Below are positions 36,727 through 49,402 of a stretch of 64,000 nt of DNA, one piece after another. The translations under genes were made by a program, and so were the position numbers. The number at the start of each line of letters is the position of its first letter. Position 1 is the stretch's first letter. Under the pieces are notes generated by a model. The model worked only from the letters and a program-made list of their open reading frames with translations, searched no databases and was not told the origin of the DNA. The stretch comes from Amphiscolops sp. MND2022 (lineage: Eukaryota), in NCBI GenBank assembly GCA_964187785.1, contig OZ076409.1, forward strand, positions 92,878,001-92,942,000, in the 5' to 3' direction.

Positions 36727-39700
36727 TTGTCTATGCACTGTAATGAAGCCATTCCGAAATCCCTGCACTATATGGTACAAACCCTTTCGACTCTGTCCCA
36801 TTATCTGGAGGAAGTAGCGAATCTGGATCTGAGAATCATGACCCGGGCCTACCGGGCACGTCAAGGGCAGGCCTACCAGTACAAGGAGAAGTTCTGCGAG
36901 ATCTGTCAGGACGAGGTAGAGCAACTCTGAAACAGTATTTCGAGACTGAGGACCCATACACCTTCCCAGTCGGGCAAAGGGTCGTTGCCTTCACTGAGCC
37001 ACAAGTCTACCATTTGCTTCGAGTTTTGACTGATGAGGCTATAAACATGACTTGTTCCACTATGGAAAAAATGGTAATTGGAGCTGTCAGTGGGTCACTT
37101 GCTACAGCCCCTTCACGGACTGGAAAATTTCGGTCAGTGACTCGCTCCTCTACTCCAGGTCCCAATCAGCACGTTGGATCCAGCTCCGAAGGGATTCAGA
37201 CTGAATATGATTCAGGGTCAGGATCCCAAGCTGACACGAGTATGTTTCAGAATGTCAGCGATTTTTTCAATCCTGATGAGAGTGATGGTGCCACGGAGAT
37301 GGCCCTAATTTTCCAAGCCTTCGGCATAACCGCTTCTGGGAGTTCTCCTCCTATACCACAACCAAGACAGTCACAAGGCCTTTCCGAGGAAGGAACTGAG
37401 TCAGCTGAGAAGAGTAGCCTCGATGCCACATTATCTGAGGTCCGTAACCGGTCTTCTGCCCAGAAGTCCCGTCAGGGAGTTGTGACAACTAAGTCCACTA
37501 AGGCCAAGAGGGGACCAAAGCGCGGAGTACCCATGAGGGAGGAGTTTTTCTCCAAGATAAAGTGGGCGAGGTCTTTCATCTCAGGGCCAACTGATCCTCT
37601 CCACAACCCACACATGGTTTGGTGCCACATTTGCAAGAAAAACTTCAGCATTAAGACCAAGGGCACCGTTGAAATCTTACGCCACCATAGAACAGAGAAG
37701 CACCTACGTCGTGATCAACGGTGGAGGTATGAGCACCTCAGAAAAACTGATTCGGTGACCGGGAAAATACAACATCGGGTTCGCGGGAGGAATGGCAAAA
37801 TCCTCAATAAGAGTGAACTAGCCCATGAGCTGCCTAAATTCATCCACACTGAGCTCATCGATGTAGGAGAGAGACATCCCTTTTATGAGGATTATCTGAA
37901 GGGCCATACTTCCGCACCTGTTACGCCTCAGTCGCGGTTGCGGACTCAGATTTGTCTTGTTGGAGACTTTGTTCAAACTTCGGGAGACCTGGCTCTACTT
38001 CGTAAACTGTGGGCGAGGGCTGGCAACTACACAGGGTACCAAGCAGCCTTCCAAGACTTCGATTGGAGTGAAGATCATATAATGGTAAGTTTATTCAACT
38101 GTTCTTCATAGAGTCATGGTTAGCATAACAGGGGGTTGGAAAAGCAGCAGCACATAGTCGCCCAATTTTGTTCCATTTCAGACCGTCTTCCAACACATCT
38201 TCAATTGCATGATGGAAGACATATCCAATCAGGTTGCCGCATCCCAACATTTTGGGATCGAATTTGAGAAGAGGGGGACCAATCGCTACATGTCCCTCCG
38301 ATTCTGGAATGGTTCTCAGCTTTGTCGGGTCTTCATCTGCCGGAGTGGTCTTACCGGCACTGGGCTTAGTGAAGAACTGGGCTCTCTGTCACGGCTGTTG
38401 TCCGTCATTTCTACAACCCCCGATGTAGTCGCCATTTCAGGATGTGCCGTCGACCTGATCAGGACAGTGGACAAACATCCCACTTACCCTCGGGGTGTGC
38501 AGAGCTGCTTCCGCTTCGAGTGCCTCGACCTCCAAACGCTGATGCACAAGATGAATTACAGTGTATTTGGCCACATTGACATGTTCTCGGTGCTTCAATG
38601 CCTGCTAGTCTCACTTGGAGGATGCCTTTCAGAAGACTGGGTTGTCGAGTCAGCTGAACTCGTTAGAGTAAGTTCACTTTGTGAATTCAGTCTGTAAGGT
38701 ACTAGTGTGCAAAGATAAACCACACCAATTGGCCTTTTGATCCTAAGGGCTGTAATGTTCTAGGCGATTACAACTTGTACACTCGAGGTGAAAAGGATAC
38801 CAGATTTGTGCCGGGACCTGCTGAAGAAGTGGAAGTCAATCTTGCGATACCTCTCAGTCCATTCCAGCAGACAGGAAAACCAAGGAGTCCACAATAAGGT
38901 TACACCCGTTTAATGGTACTTATTTCCTTTAGGAGGAGTTCATGCTAATCGCCACCCTTTTGGTAATGTGGGCAGAGTTATTTATCTCGTATTCCCCGTG
39001 TCTTTCACAGGTCCAGAGTTTTGAGTGGTCTCTCATCATGGACAACTTCTTCACTGCCAAATTAGAGCTGTTCCAGCGCCTGGTCAGCGATTGTGAGTAT
39101 TTCCTATTTCGTGGTGGTCACTTTGGTCAGTTGTCCTCTTAAGGGTTTTTATCTTTTGTATTTCAGACGTCACCAGTTTCGCTATCAATCTAGCTCAAAG
39201 ACGGGACGCTTCCTTCTTCCTGTGTGGGGAGATATGCAGGTACATTAACCGTCTCTGTTTTCGTGTTTTCCGACCCGACACCGTGCCATTAGAAAACGCC
39301 TGGTTTCTGTTAATGGACTTCCAGCTTGGTCAGGGCACACTTATGGACGATGAAAACTTCCTAGTGCGACTTAAGATAGCCAGCAGGGTTGCCACTGCCT
39401 GTAATCTGAAAGCAGCCGGACTCCACTTTAACAAGAAGTCCAGTACGGCAGCCATTGCCAAAACAGCTGAGGTGGCGAAGTCAGATTTTGTGTCCAGCGC
39501 CAAGGACTTTATCAAATTTCTGTTGGCTGGGGTCCTTCAACACACAGAGCTCACTTCTGACCTTATCAAGGGATTAGCCGCGTTCGACCCCTTTATTTTG
39601 TTCCAGAGACCTATGGAAGTTGCCTTACGCCATTTCGATTATTTGTATTCGACATTCCAGTTGCGTTCCTGGGTCTCTGCATCAAATGAGTCGGCTTGCC

Positions 39701-40328
39701 GAGATGAATATGTGGCCCTGTTGGACTATCTCCGTGCTAATCATTCTACTGAATTCGTTTCCACCAGTCATCCTCCTGATCTCATTGACTTTTTATGGGC
39801 TTAGATTTCCTTCAAACTCACGACCTTATTTGTTACTTGTTCAAGCTGAGCTGTTTGTGTATAACATCTGTTAGCCCCGAGTATCCCCCAGTGTCTTTTG
39901 GAAAGATTGACACGAAAGGACTTCAGTCTCGTTTGGCAGACGTTATCTTGCCCTGCCAAAGTTACTTGACATCGGTGCCTGATTCCCTGCTTGCCTGTTG
40001 CACTGAGTCCCGCCTTGAGAAGTTCTGTCATTTGTCCACTTCGTTTGGACAATGAGGCTTTGCCGCCGATTCTGACCCTTGGACCTTCGTAGACGGTTTC
40101 GGCCGTTCTGCTATTTACAAGACTCTTGTGGCTTCTTATCGTTCTGTTCTCGCTGGGTCGGACTTCCATTTTAGGAGTCCCATTCTTCCTGATGTTTCTT
40201 CTGTGCAAGACGCACCCGCTGTCAAACTGCCTAGTGAAAACAAACGTAGACGAATGAGAAGGAGTTGTTCACGTAGCAGATCCTCATCTGTCGTCGAAGA
40301 GTCCCCTGCTGGTGGCTCTAAAACCTAA
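36727..40328 (+). CDS. 3' part of the antisense spliced cargo gene: BED-type zinc finger plus degenerate hAT-like region
   Basis: VWCHICKKNFSIKTKGTVEILRHHRTEKH (BED-like). GT-AG introns 38085-38181 and 38668-38763, further ones near 38.9-39.17 kb. IFNCMMEDISNQVAASQHFGIEFE resembles the hAT segment preceding the first catalytic Asp. Frameshifts/stops near 36928, 39800 and 40053. Confidence 0.7.
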
Positions 40329-40572
40329 TTGTACATATGTATTTATGTACTTACAGGCTGTAAACTTTGCTGATTTTCTGTTTGTATTATTTTTTTCATC
40401 TTGTTGTCCTTGATTTCCTGATCCCGTATTTATTTTCCTTGCAAGGGATCGTTCAAATGTTCCATTATTTATACAGAAAATACTGCTGTATGGGACTGAT
40501 TAAAAGAAAAAAATAGAAGAGAAAAGAGCAGATCAGTTCAGGGCTAGTTTCCTGAACTTAATTTAATTCTCT

Positions 40573-43500
40573 CTAGTATCTGTAGTCTTCTGAGTAGTTT
40601 GGGTTGGGATTAGGCCTGAGATTATATTTCCCTCCTCTAGGACTCAGGCTTTCATTTCTAGCATCGTTTTCAGATATTTCGGGCACGATAATATCATCCC
40701 CCCTTTTTGGAGAATTTTGTGCATCGATTTCAGTTCTAAAATTTTTATCGGGGGAACTTTCTTTATCTCTTAGGCTGTCTGCCGTATCCGGCAAGGATTT
40801 TTCATGGCTTTTTGGGGAAATGGCCGGATTCGGCCAATCAGGTTTTTCATTTCTAGACTGTTCACTAGCTTCATTTCTTGTAGTGACGTCATCAATTAAT
40901 CGTTCATTCCGGCTATGCGACGCACGATCGGCAAGATTTGATTCATCATTCGTGATTACATAATCCACTTCATTCTCATTCTTGAATTCTCGTGTGCGTC
41001 ACTTGTATTCGGTTGTTCGCCATTCGGCACGCTAGTCGGAATAGTCTCGTTGTCTCGTGTAACTAGCTGCTCGCCAAAATCTGTTTCCCACGTTATGACG
41101 TATAAATCATCTTGCGGAATGACAATTTCTTCATCTGGCTGCAACTGTTGTTCTCGGAAATTATCCTCAAGCGGTTGATTGGGGACAAACTTCTTGAGAC
41201 GAATGCGATGCAAAATTTGAGTTTTGTTCGTATTGATCCGTCGTACTATATAGTTTTCATTTGGCAAAACTTTTTGGTCTACAAATGGTCCAACCCAACG
41301 GTAATCGCGGAATGGAATTTTTGATCCTTGATTATCCGCTTTCGGCTGTAAGACAAAACAGTATTCGTTCTCCTTTAGTGGCGCAGCTTTTGCTTTACGG
41401 TCGTAATATTCTTTGTACTTGATATACGACTGCATAATGTTCTTCTTCGTTTTGTCAATCAGGATTTTTGTCCGGTTTTGGATTTCTTCAGCAAACTCGG
41501 TTGTGGGGTTGATCTGCTCATTTGGATTATTTCCAAGTTTGTGATCCAAGATATCAAATGGAATTCGTCCGTGGAATACTCTCGTCGGCTCACAACCGAT
41601 GCTGGCGTGATAACTAGTATTATGATTCAGTACTGCTAATGGCAAGTATTTGTGCCATTGTCGGCGATATTCCCCACATGCCATTTTGAGATTTGTTTTC
41701 AATGATGCCTGGGTTCGCTCCAATTTCCCAATTGTGTGCGGGTGTTTTGTTGTTGCGCATTTGAGTGTTATGCCCAAAATTTGCGTAATCTCCGCGATAA
41801 TTGTAGAAGTAAATGCAGTACCTTTGTCAGTAATGAGAGTCGTTGGTAAGTACGCAGGTTTGGCCATGATGTCAATTATTGCCTTTGCTACATTGATCGC
41901 TGAGGCGTCCGTAAGGGGATAAGCGAACAAATATCTGGAGAATACATCAATTGCCGTTAGGACATTTTCATACCCTCCACTTGGGGGAAGATTCGGCAAT
42001 AGGTCGATTTGCATGGCGTCTTCAGGTCCAAGGTCCCATTCGGGCAAGTTGAGTAGCTCAGGTGTGATCGTTGCGTTAGGGACTCTCTTGTCTCTGGCAC
42101 ATTGTTCGCACCCTTCCACCCACTTTTTGACGTACTTAGCCATGCTAGGGTAATAATACCTCTGTCGAATTTCCTGCAGCATTTTTGAAATCCCAGGGTG
42201 TTTGTGCGCTGTCCCATGAAGAGACTGAAGTAATTCCTGGAGTAAATATTGCGGAAGCAGAATTTGATGGTATTTAACGTTCCCTATTTCATCAAAGTAT
42301 TGCCTTGTCAGGATTTCGTCCTTAAGTACAATTCGTTCCAGGTTGTTTGCGTAATGTCTGTATCGGGCATCCTGGTGCAGTAGATTTTCTGAATAATCCT
42401 CATGAAGCAGTTTTGCTTTCAATTGTTGTAGTACTGCATCTTTGGATTGCTCGATAATGATCTGGTTCGTCTTCCTCAATCGGGCTTGTATATCGGGGTG
42501 TTGCTTGACTAGATTTGTTGACAGAGTTTGTATAGTAACAGTGGGCTCATCAGTTATTGGATTTTTCCTGATTGCTTCTTTTCTTGCCCAATATTGTTCC
42601 TCCGTCTCATCGTCGTCATTGGTGTAGAAGATTTGTTCTTCTTGTGACACCCCTGCGGATTGGACATTGATTTCGATTGGTAGTGTTTGTACATCTTCAC
42701 GAATTTTCATCACCAATTTGTTCTTGGGGTCTGTTTCCAATCGGGACAAATAGTCGGCAGCTGTATTTTGTGCCCCCGGGATGTGCGCTATGACAAACTT
42801 GAACTGGACAACATAGTCACATGCGTTCCACAGTGCTTGGGGTATTATTTTCGTTTGGAAAAATCGTGTTACAGCTTTGTTGTCCGTAAGGATGATGACC
42901 GGTTTCGGCGCACCCCAAAAGATATGTCCGAATTCTTTGAATGCAAAATAAATTGCAAGAAATTCTTTAGCATAAATTGACATCTTGATCTGTGCTGGTG
43001 TGTTGGGGTGAAAGTTTTTGATCCATATGCGACCGGTGCATACGATTTTCTGAGTGATGTGAATTTCTGGCTTGGGTCGTCTTCAATTAGGCCCGCGTAC
43101 CCGGCTGCACCAAAACTTGCATCAGTCATTAGTGCTATTTGCTTGTTCGGAATGGGTTGCTGTAGGGCCAAGTCGCAACATTTGTCTAGTGCTTTGTTGA
43201 TTTCTTCGAATTGCTGGACTAATTCTTTCGATACTAGGACTTTTTCGTCACTTTTCAGCATTTTGTAGAATGGAGCAAGGCGTTCGGAGAGTCTTGGGAC
43301 ATAATTCCTGTAGTAGTTTAGGAATCCCAAATATCGTTGTAGAGCCTTTTTCGACTTCGGGAATTTGGTCTTTTCCAGAAAGTTTTGCACGTTCTGTTTC
43401 TGGGGTTTGACGCCTTGTGGGGTAATTGTTCGTCCGAGAAAATCAATTTCTTTTGCACCGAAGTGACATTTGTGCATTGTTAACTTAAGGCCTGCTTCCT

Positions 43501-45793
43501 GAATGCATTTGAACGTAGCTCTCAGGTTCGTCATGAGGTGATCAACATCATTGGCTGCGATGCCGATATCGTCCACATATTGGGCACATTGATCCGCTTT
43601 AATAACTTTGTCAAGGTATTCTCTCATGAAACTTGAGAATGCGGATAGTGACCGACTAAGGCCTTGTGCTAATCGTCTGCAAGCGAATGTGCGACTGGCA
43701 AAATTGAAAGCCAACATTTCGATTGAGCGTTGGTCGGCCATTGGTAGGCAGTGGTATGCCTGCGAGCAGTCTAATTTACAGAACAGTTTTTTGCCTGCCA
43801 AGTGTTGGGCAGCATCAACTAGTGTACTGACGGGGTGATTATTGTTGATATAATCATCCGAGATGAGGTTGTTGATTTTTCTCAAGTCAACCAAGAGTCG
43901 GAGTTTCCCATTCGGCTTCTTTTGTGCAAATATTGGACTCGCGTATTTCGAAAATGGGAGTGTAGTTATTATGCCATATTTGTGTAGCATGGCTAATTCA
44001 ACTAGGATGTCCTCTTTTAGATTGATAGGAGCTGGTAGGCTTTGGCTATAGGCTGGGGAATCGTCTTTAGGCGTTAGTTTCACCTTGAATTCCTCGTTCA
44101 TGCCTATATCAAATCGGTGTCGTGCAAAGATGTCATGGAATTCTACTAACAGTTCCTCAATCTTTTCCTTCTCTTCAGGAGTAAGGGTGGAATCTTTCCA
44201 ATCAAAGTTTTCTAAGAATTTTGCACGCGATTCTGCATCTGTAGTGGGGTGGAGTGTCTCCAGGTCCTGCAGGGCCTGCAACTCGCGTAGGATTCGTTTT
44301 TGTATAGGTGTGTGTTCCTCAGGATTTCCAGGATTCTCTGGAGTTGGGAACCAATAATTTTCGGAGTTTTGTGGATTTCTATTGGTCTTGATGAGGCTGC
44401 TGATATAATGGGCTGCTTGCTCCTGATCATTCTGCAAAAGGTGCCAGGTTGATGCCGGGTCTATCGGTTTGACGTATTTCATTTGTTCTGGCGTCATTAC
44501 TGAGAAATTGGCTATATGAAGTCCCTTTTTTAGTTTATAAGGGTGGTCCGTGAAATTATTCACAGGTATTGCTATACTGCCATTATTCAAAGTGACTAGG
44601 GCTGGGCAGAATGTGATGTCGCCTTCTTCATGTAGAAGGTCGCTCGGTTGCAAAATCCCAGTGACAGCATTTTCAGGATATAGTAAGGAATTAGTCCGAA
44701 TTAGGACTCTGTCATTTGGCGGAATAGTTATTTCAGCAGGGTTGAGGATTGGTTCAAGTACGTTTGAGTACTTATGGTCAGCTGTTTTGAGCTGCATTGA
44801 AAAGAACGGGAAATTCAAAATTCCTTGTCTCATGTCCAGTACTGTATGATTTCGTTGAAGGAACATTAGTCCAATGATCGGTCCCGTTAGGTTCTCCATT
44901 ACTATGAAGATTTCATGGAACTCAATGTCACCAACCTCAAATCTGAGCTCTATGGTACTCTTGGGAGTTTCCAATTGGCCATTTGCGACCATTATTTGAA
45001 AGTTCAAAGGCGGACCTTCTCGGATAACTGATTGTGGTGATAGAAGTCGGATTTTCCGGAGGTCCATTTCAGGGATTGCACTGGAAAGTGCTCCAGTGTC
45101 AATTAGGCCGTCTATGGTTAATTCCCCAAAGTCCATCGGGAAGTACAACATTCGCTTTTTGCATTTAAGGTTGATACTGGTCGAAAGTGGTATACAGTCT
45201 GGTTCACCCTCTTTGGTAATGAGGATATTTTGGAATTGTTTCTCGTCCAGTAGTGATTGTGGAATTGGTTCTGTACTGGCTTCGTTAGTTTCGGTTCCCA
45301 AAGGGTTCGGCAATACTGGATGGTTAGTACCATCATTCATTTGCCAGTTTTCGATTAGTGCTCTGGTTTTCTTGTTGTGGGTTATCGGGGGATTTTCATG
45401 GACTGTGGTTTGGTAATGGGCTATATCATCCAGGACGTATTGAAATTGTAGTAGGTCCTGGTTGTAAATCTCAATGTCCCAATAGGGATCTCTGCCGTAA
45501 TCTGGGTCGATGTACGTTGAATTGTAATCATCGATCAAGGGAATGGGCCTGAATCGGGTTGTAAAGGTGGTTGTGTAGTCAGGATCCCAAACAGGAATTG
45601 GTTTTTGGAACAGATGGGTATTAATATAGGTAATGACGTTGGCCTTCTCCATCTGCTGCTGCCAGACAACAGAGGGGTAACCCATCAATTGTTGTTGATA
45701 TTCATGGAAAGTTTTTGTTGGAGGATCCGACCTGATATATTGACGGACGGATATTAGTTGGTTGTATTGGAGTCGTGGCGAAGTTAGTTTTTT
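40573..45793 (-). CDS. pol: Gypsy pol: protease, reverse transcriptase, RNase H, integrase (frameshifted)
   Basis: LIDTGA, LDCSQAY, QYVDD, LMTDAS, HGTAHKH..CEQC, QIDL..TDKG..KLER, WVGPF. Frameshifts near 43000 and 40975. Confidence 0.97.
45784..45793 (-). promoter_or_regulatory. -1 ribosomal frameshift site A AAA AAC followed by the gag stop
   Basis: tca aaa aac taa; the -1 frame (KKLTSPRLQYNQLISVRQYIRSDPP...) is open into pol. Confidence 0.8.
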
Positions 45794-47495
45794 GACTCAT
45801 CTTTGTTTGATGAGGATTGGGTATTGGAGGACGTTGGTTTGTTGTGGGCTTTGGGTGCCTTAGAGTCAGGGTCAGTGTCTGAAGAGTCTTCAGGCCTGGT
45901 ACGTTTGGGTTTCAAGTGAGCGCCTGCTCCCTGCCAACATCTCTTCTCTGGATGGTTTTTCTTGCCACAAGTCCCGCACTTAGGGTACGTTTTCTTCTCT
46001 GTCGATTTGCCTTGTTGGGCATCTTTCTCTTTCTTCTTTTTGAGTTTTCACAGTCTTTGACCATGTGGCCCTTTTCCTTGCAATAATTGCAAGTTATGTC
46101 TGACATTTGCCCAGTGGAAAGAGGGGTTTTAGTCTTAGAAGATGAGGAAATCATTGTTGCCATGGGTAGGTCGTCTGACTCCTCGAGGGCGTTAAGCTCT
46201 AATTCCCTCTCCAAATGAGCAACTATTTCGTCGTATGAGCCATTTTCTAATCTGGCCATGTTGACTGATCGCTTGAGCTTTGGAGGCAGTTTTGCGTACA
46301 ATAGACTGTCAATCATTTTTTGTGCATGGTAGCCAAATGCTTTTTCTGCCCCTTGATTGAGTTCCTCAAGGAAATCCGGTAGCTTCATCGTATTGGGATC
46401 AAAGACCAAGCGGTGCCACTTATGTTTAGCAGTCGCTTGTGACACGGGTTTGACGTATTTCCGTCGAAAAATGACTAAGACGTCTTCGAGAGTCTGTCGG
46501 TTGGTCGAATTAATATTTCTGAACGTCTGCAGAGCATTTTTCCTCAGGAGCGAATGAAAATGGTTAATTTTCATCTGTTCGGTCATTTCTGGCTGCATCT
46601 TGATCATGGTATGGAACAGATCTTCGAACAGTTCGAATTTCTCACTTTTGCCATCAAAGGTCATGGTATTTGAGTTGACCGGGCGTATGGTGAGTTGTTG
46701 GGCTGCCGGTCAATTCTGCATGTTCGTCAAGACGTCTGCCAGTCTGGTAATTGGATCAGGTTCAACAACCGTGGCGGGTCTTTCTTGTGCTGGGATCGTC
46801 GTGTCTAGGTTGATGTCCTCGTAGGACTGATCGAGGTGGTTTCGTGATAGAATCCGTCCTGTGAGAAACTCAGGAATTTGGTTTGGAGATTCGTTGTCTC
46901 CTGTCACCATGTCGTAAGCATTAGACTCTACTACGCCATCATTTTGGCGATTACAATTAGGCTTACTAGGTGAACTTTCCTTAGGGTTACTGTTTTGCAG
47001 TCCTTCGGAATATACTTCCGGTCTCTCGGACGAAACGTTCCATCTACTCTGAGTCGAGTGTCCCGATCCGGCACTTAAGGCGGACTGGATCTGGGGCAAT
47101 ATCTGATTGCTGATTGCATCACTAATCGCCCTTTGAATCTGGGAATTGACACTACACATCATATCATCTAACTCCCTCGACAATCTCGAGTTCAACTCAC
47201 TAGACAACTTGTTAATCTCAGCACTAGAATTACCTCCAGTTGAAATCTGGCCATAATCGGCATTGTTATCAGGACCTAAGTCTCTTGTAGCTGAGTTTCT
47301 ATTCTCACCATTATTCTCTAATTCGTCTGCAGATGTACTACCAGGCCTTCTGCCAAAATTACTGCTAACACTTTCATCTCTCCCATTTCTACCGAAATGG
47401 TTTTCCCCTAACATAATGTCGAGGTTTTCTATGTCAGATAGCATTTCTATTCCTCTTGACTTTCTAGCCTTCTTTTGTCTTCTCGTAGTAGGCAT
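45784..47495 (-). CDS. gag: Gypsy gag with two CCHC zinc knuckles; starts inside the 5' LTR
   Basis: MPTTRRQKK start; TFDGKSEKFELFEDLF; CNYCKEKGHMVKDC and, after a frameshift at ~46048, CGTCGKKNHPEERC. In-frame TGA at 46710-46712. Confidence 0.92.
46895..46909 (-). promoter_or_regulatory. Primer binding site (TGGTGACAGGAGACA)
   Basis: TGG directly follows the 5' LTR terminal CA; cognate tRNA not identified. Confidence 0.7.
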
Positions 47496-49402
47496 TAAGA
47501 ACTCGAGGTTGAATAGTTTATTGGTGGTCTAGGTTTGCAATCTATAAAAGCGGAACAAACTAAGTTTGAGTATCATAAAGGCAATTGTGTCCACCTCTCG
47601 GAACGGGTAGGTATATATACTTCCGAGAGAATGGAATTTACATATTTTGATATAATACCCGCAATTTACAAATTCCTTAAGTCACAAGGTTAGGGCACAA
47701 CAACGGTTAAAATGAGGCGGTTAGCACCTTATCAAAGAACTCTAGGAATTCATACTTGTTAGGGTCACGAGATTATATCTTTCCATTTGAAAACATCAAC
47801 GATAATACTATACGTCATCATAGTTGAGTATCATCGGCAACAAACATCAAACAAATAACATAACACAACTATCTAAGGAATGTTCATCACGGAATGCTGC
47901 CACGTGCCTACGAATGTCGGCCGTTGCAACAATCGAGTAGCTTTAGCGTAAATCACGAAACAAAACACAACATGTCCTAAATCGGCCATTGGACTTTAAT
48001 TCATTCAGAGCGAATAGCCTAGTTAGTCCGAAAGATTGGTACTAATAATTGGGTTGGTATGGGGGTACTATTTGTTTCAAAGAACGTAAAGGCACTAATT
48101 ATTAACTTCAGGTGTAAATAGAGAGCTTACATGACTATTGAGCACTACAACATTATTAATACAACAAGACGCCCGCGGACCAGCGGGATATTTTCCGCCC
48201 CAAATCTCTTCGAAAAAGACTACTGGACAACAAATTTGTTCCTTGTTGACTCTTTTCAACATTCCAATCTACGAAGTCTGTCGAAAATTTGACAAAAATG
48301 GCATAAAAACGTTAAAAATCGAAAAATTTTGGAATCTTTTAATCATTTTTTTGGTAATTTTTCTTTTAAAAAACAGCATTTATCTCTTCAGAATACTACT
48401 GGACAACGAATTCGTGCCTTTTTGAACGTTTTCAACATTCTAATCCACGATGTTTATCGAAAAAATGACAAAACTTGTATTAAAACGTTAAAAGTCGAAA
48501 AATTTTGGAATTTTTGTCATTTTTTTGGTAATTTTTCTTGTAAAAAACCGCATTTATCTCTTCAGAATACTATTGGACAACGAATTCGTGCCTTGTTGAA
48601 CGTTTTCAACATTCTAATCGACGATGTTTATCGAAAAAATGGCAAAAAATGCATGAAAACGGTGAAAATTGGGAAAGTTTTGAATTTTTGTCATTTTCGG
48701 GGTCATTTTTGGGTCATTATGGGGTCATTTCCGTCATTCCCAAAAATGTCCAAAAATCTTTACAAATACATATCGCATGGAACTAAATTTATGTCAGTTG
48801 AATTCTGTGAATGTACTTCTTCATATTACGTAAACAATAATTCTTGGCAAATTTTGTAAAAAAAAACCCGTTTGATTTAAATATTTTCCTTTCCCATATG
48901 AAATATGGGCGGAAAATAATAAGTTGCAACAATGACCAAAGAAAAGCCTAATCCGGCCATCTGCCTAGTATTCCAACTAATTAATGCACCATTAAGACAA
49001 ACGGCCATATCCGGCCAATTGAATAAAGCAGCATAGCATCATGAAATACTCGAATATGATTGGTTGGTACATTAGGCTCAAGTGACGCTTTCGGACTGAA
49101 AGCTACATACACTCGAACTCGTTTTCTTTAAGCTGTTTAGTAGCTTGCGTTGAACTATAATTTACATTGAGCATTGTTATTTTACAACTTGCAACTTTAC
49201 TTGTCTAATGTATTATTAACAGACTAATACGCATTGTATCATAATAAAAATGTAATTGATCTAGGCAAACATAAATATTGGGAGTGAGTTTTTAGAGTTT
49301 AGCGTAAACCTGTTCAAAATGTTGGTAGGGTTCCGGGAATTATCTCTTGACTGGCTGCTGAAGTCGTTATTAAAGTGCCATCACAGGCTGCAGCCTGCGA
49401 CA
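46910..49402 (-). repeat. 5' LTR, carrying a 755-bp insertion
   Basis: Matches 14795-16510. Confidence 0.96.
48165..48919 (-). mobile_element. Non-autonomous Helentron-like (DINE-1/HINE-type) element in the 5' LTR
   Basis: Absent from the 3' LTR; no clear TSD, inserted at a T-rich site. Subterminal inverted repeat attttccgccc/gggcggaaaat; 3' GC hairpin cccgctggtccgcggg then tcttgtt; internal ~176-bp tandem repeats. Confidence 0.75.

Larger units (their letters stand above)
14795..49402 (-). mobile_element. Ty3/Gypsy LTR retrotransposon (34.6 kb with nested insertions, ~16 kb without)
   Basis: Two near-identical LTRs with TG...CA ends; TSD GCGGT at 14790-14794 and 49403-49407; pol order PR-RT-RH-IN. 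Confidence 0.96.
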
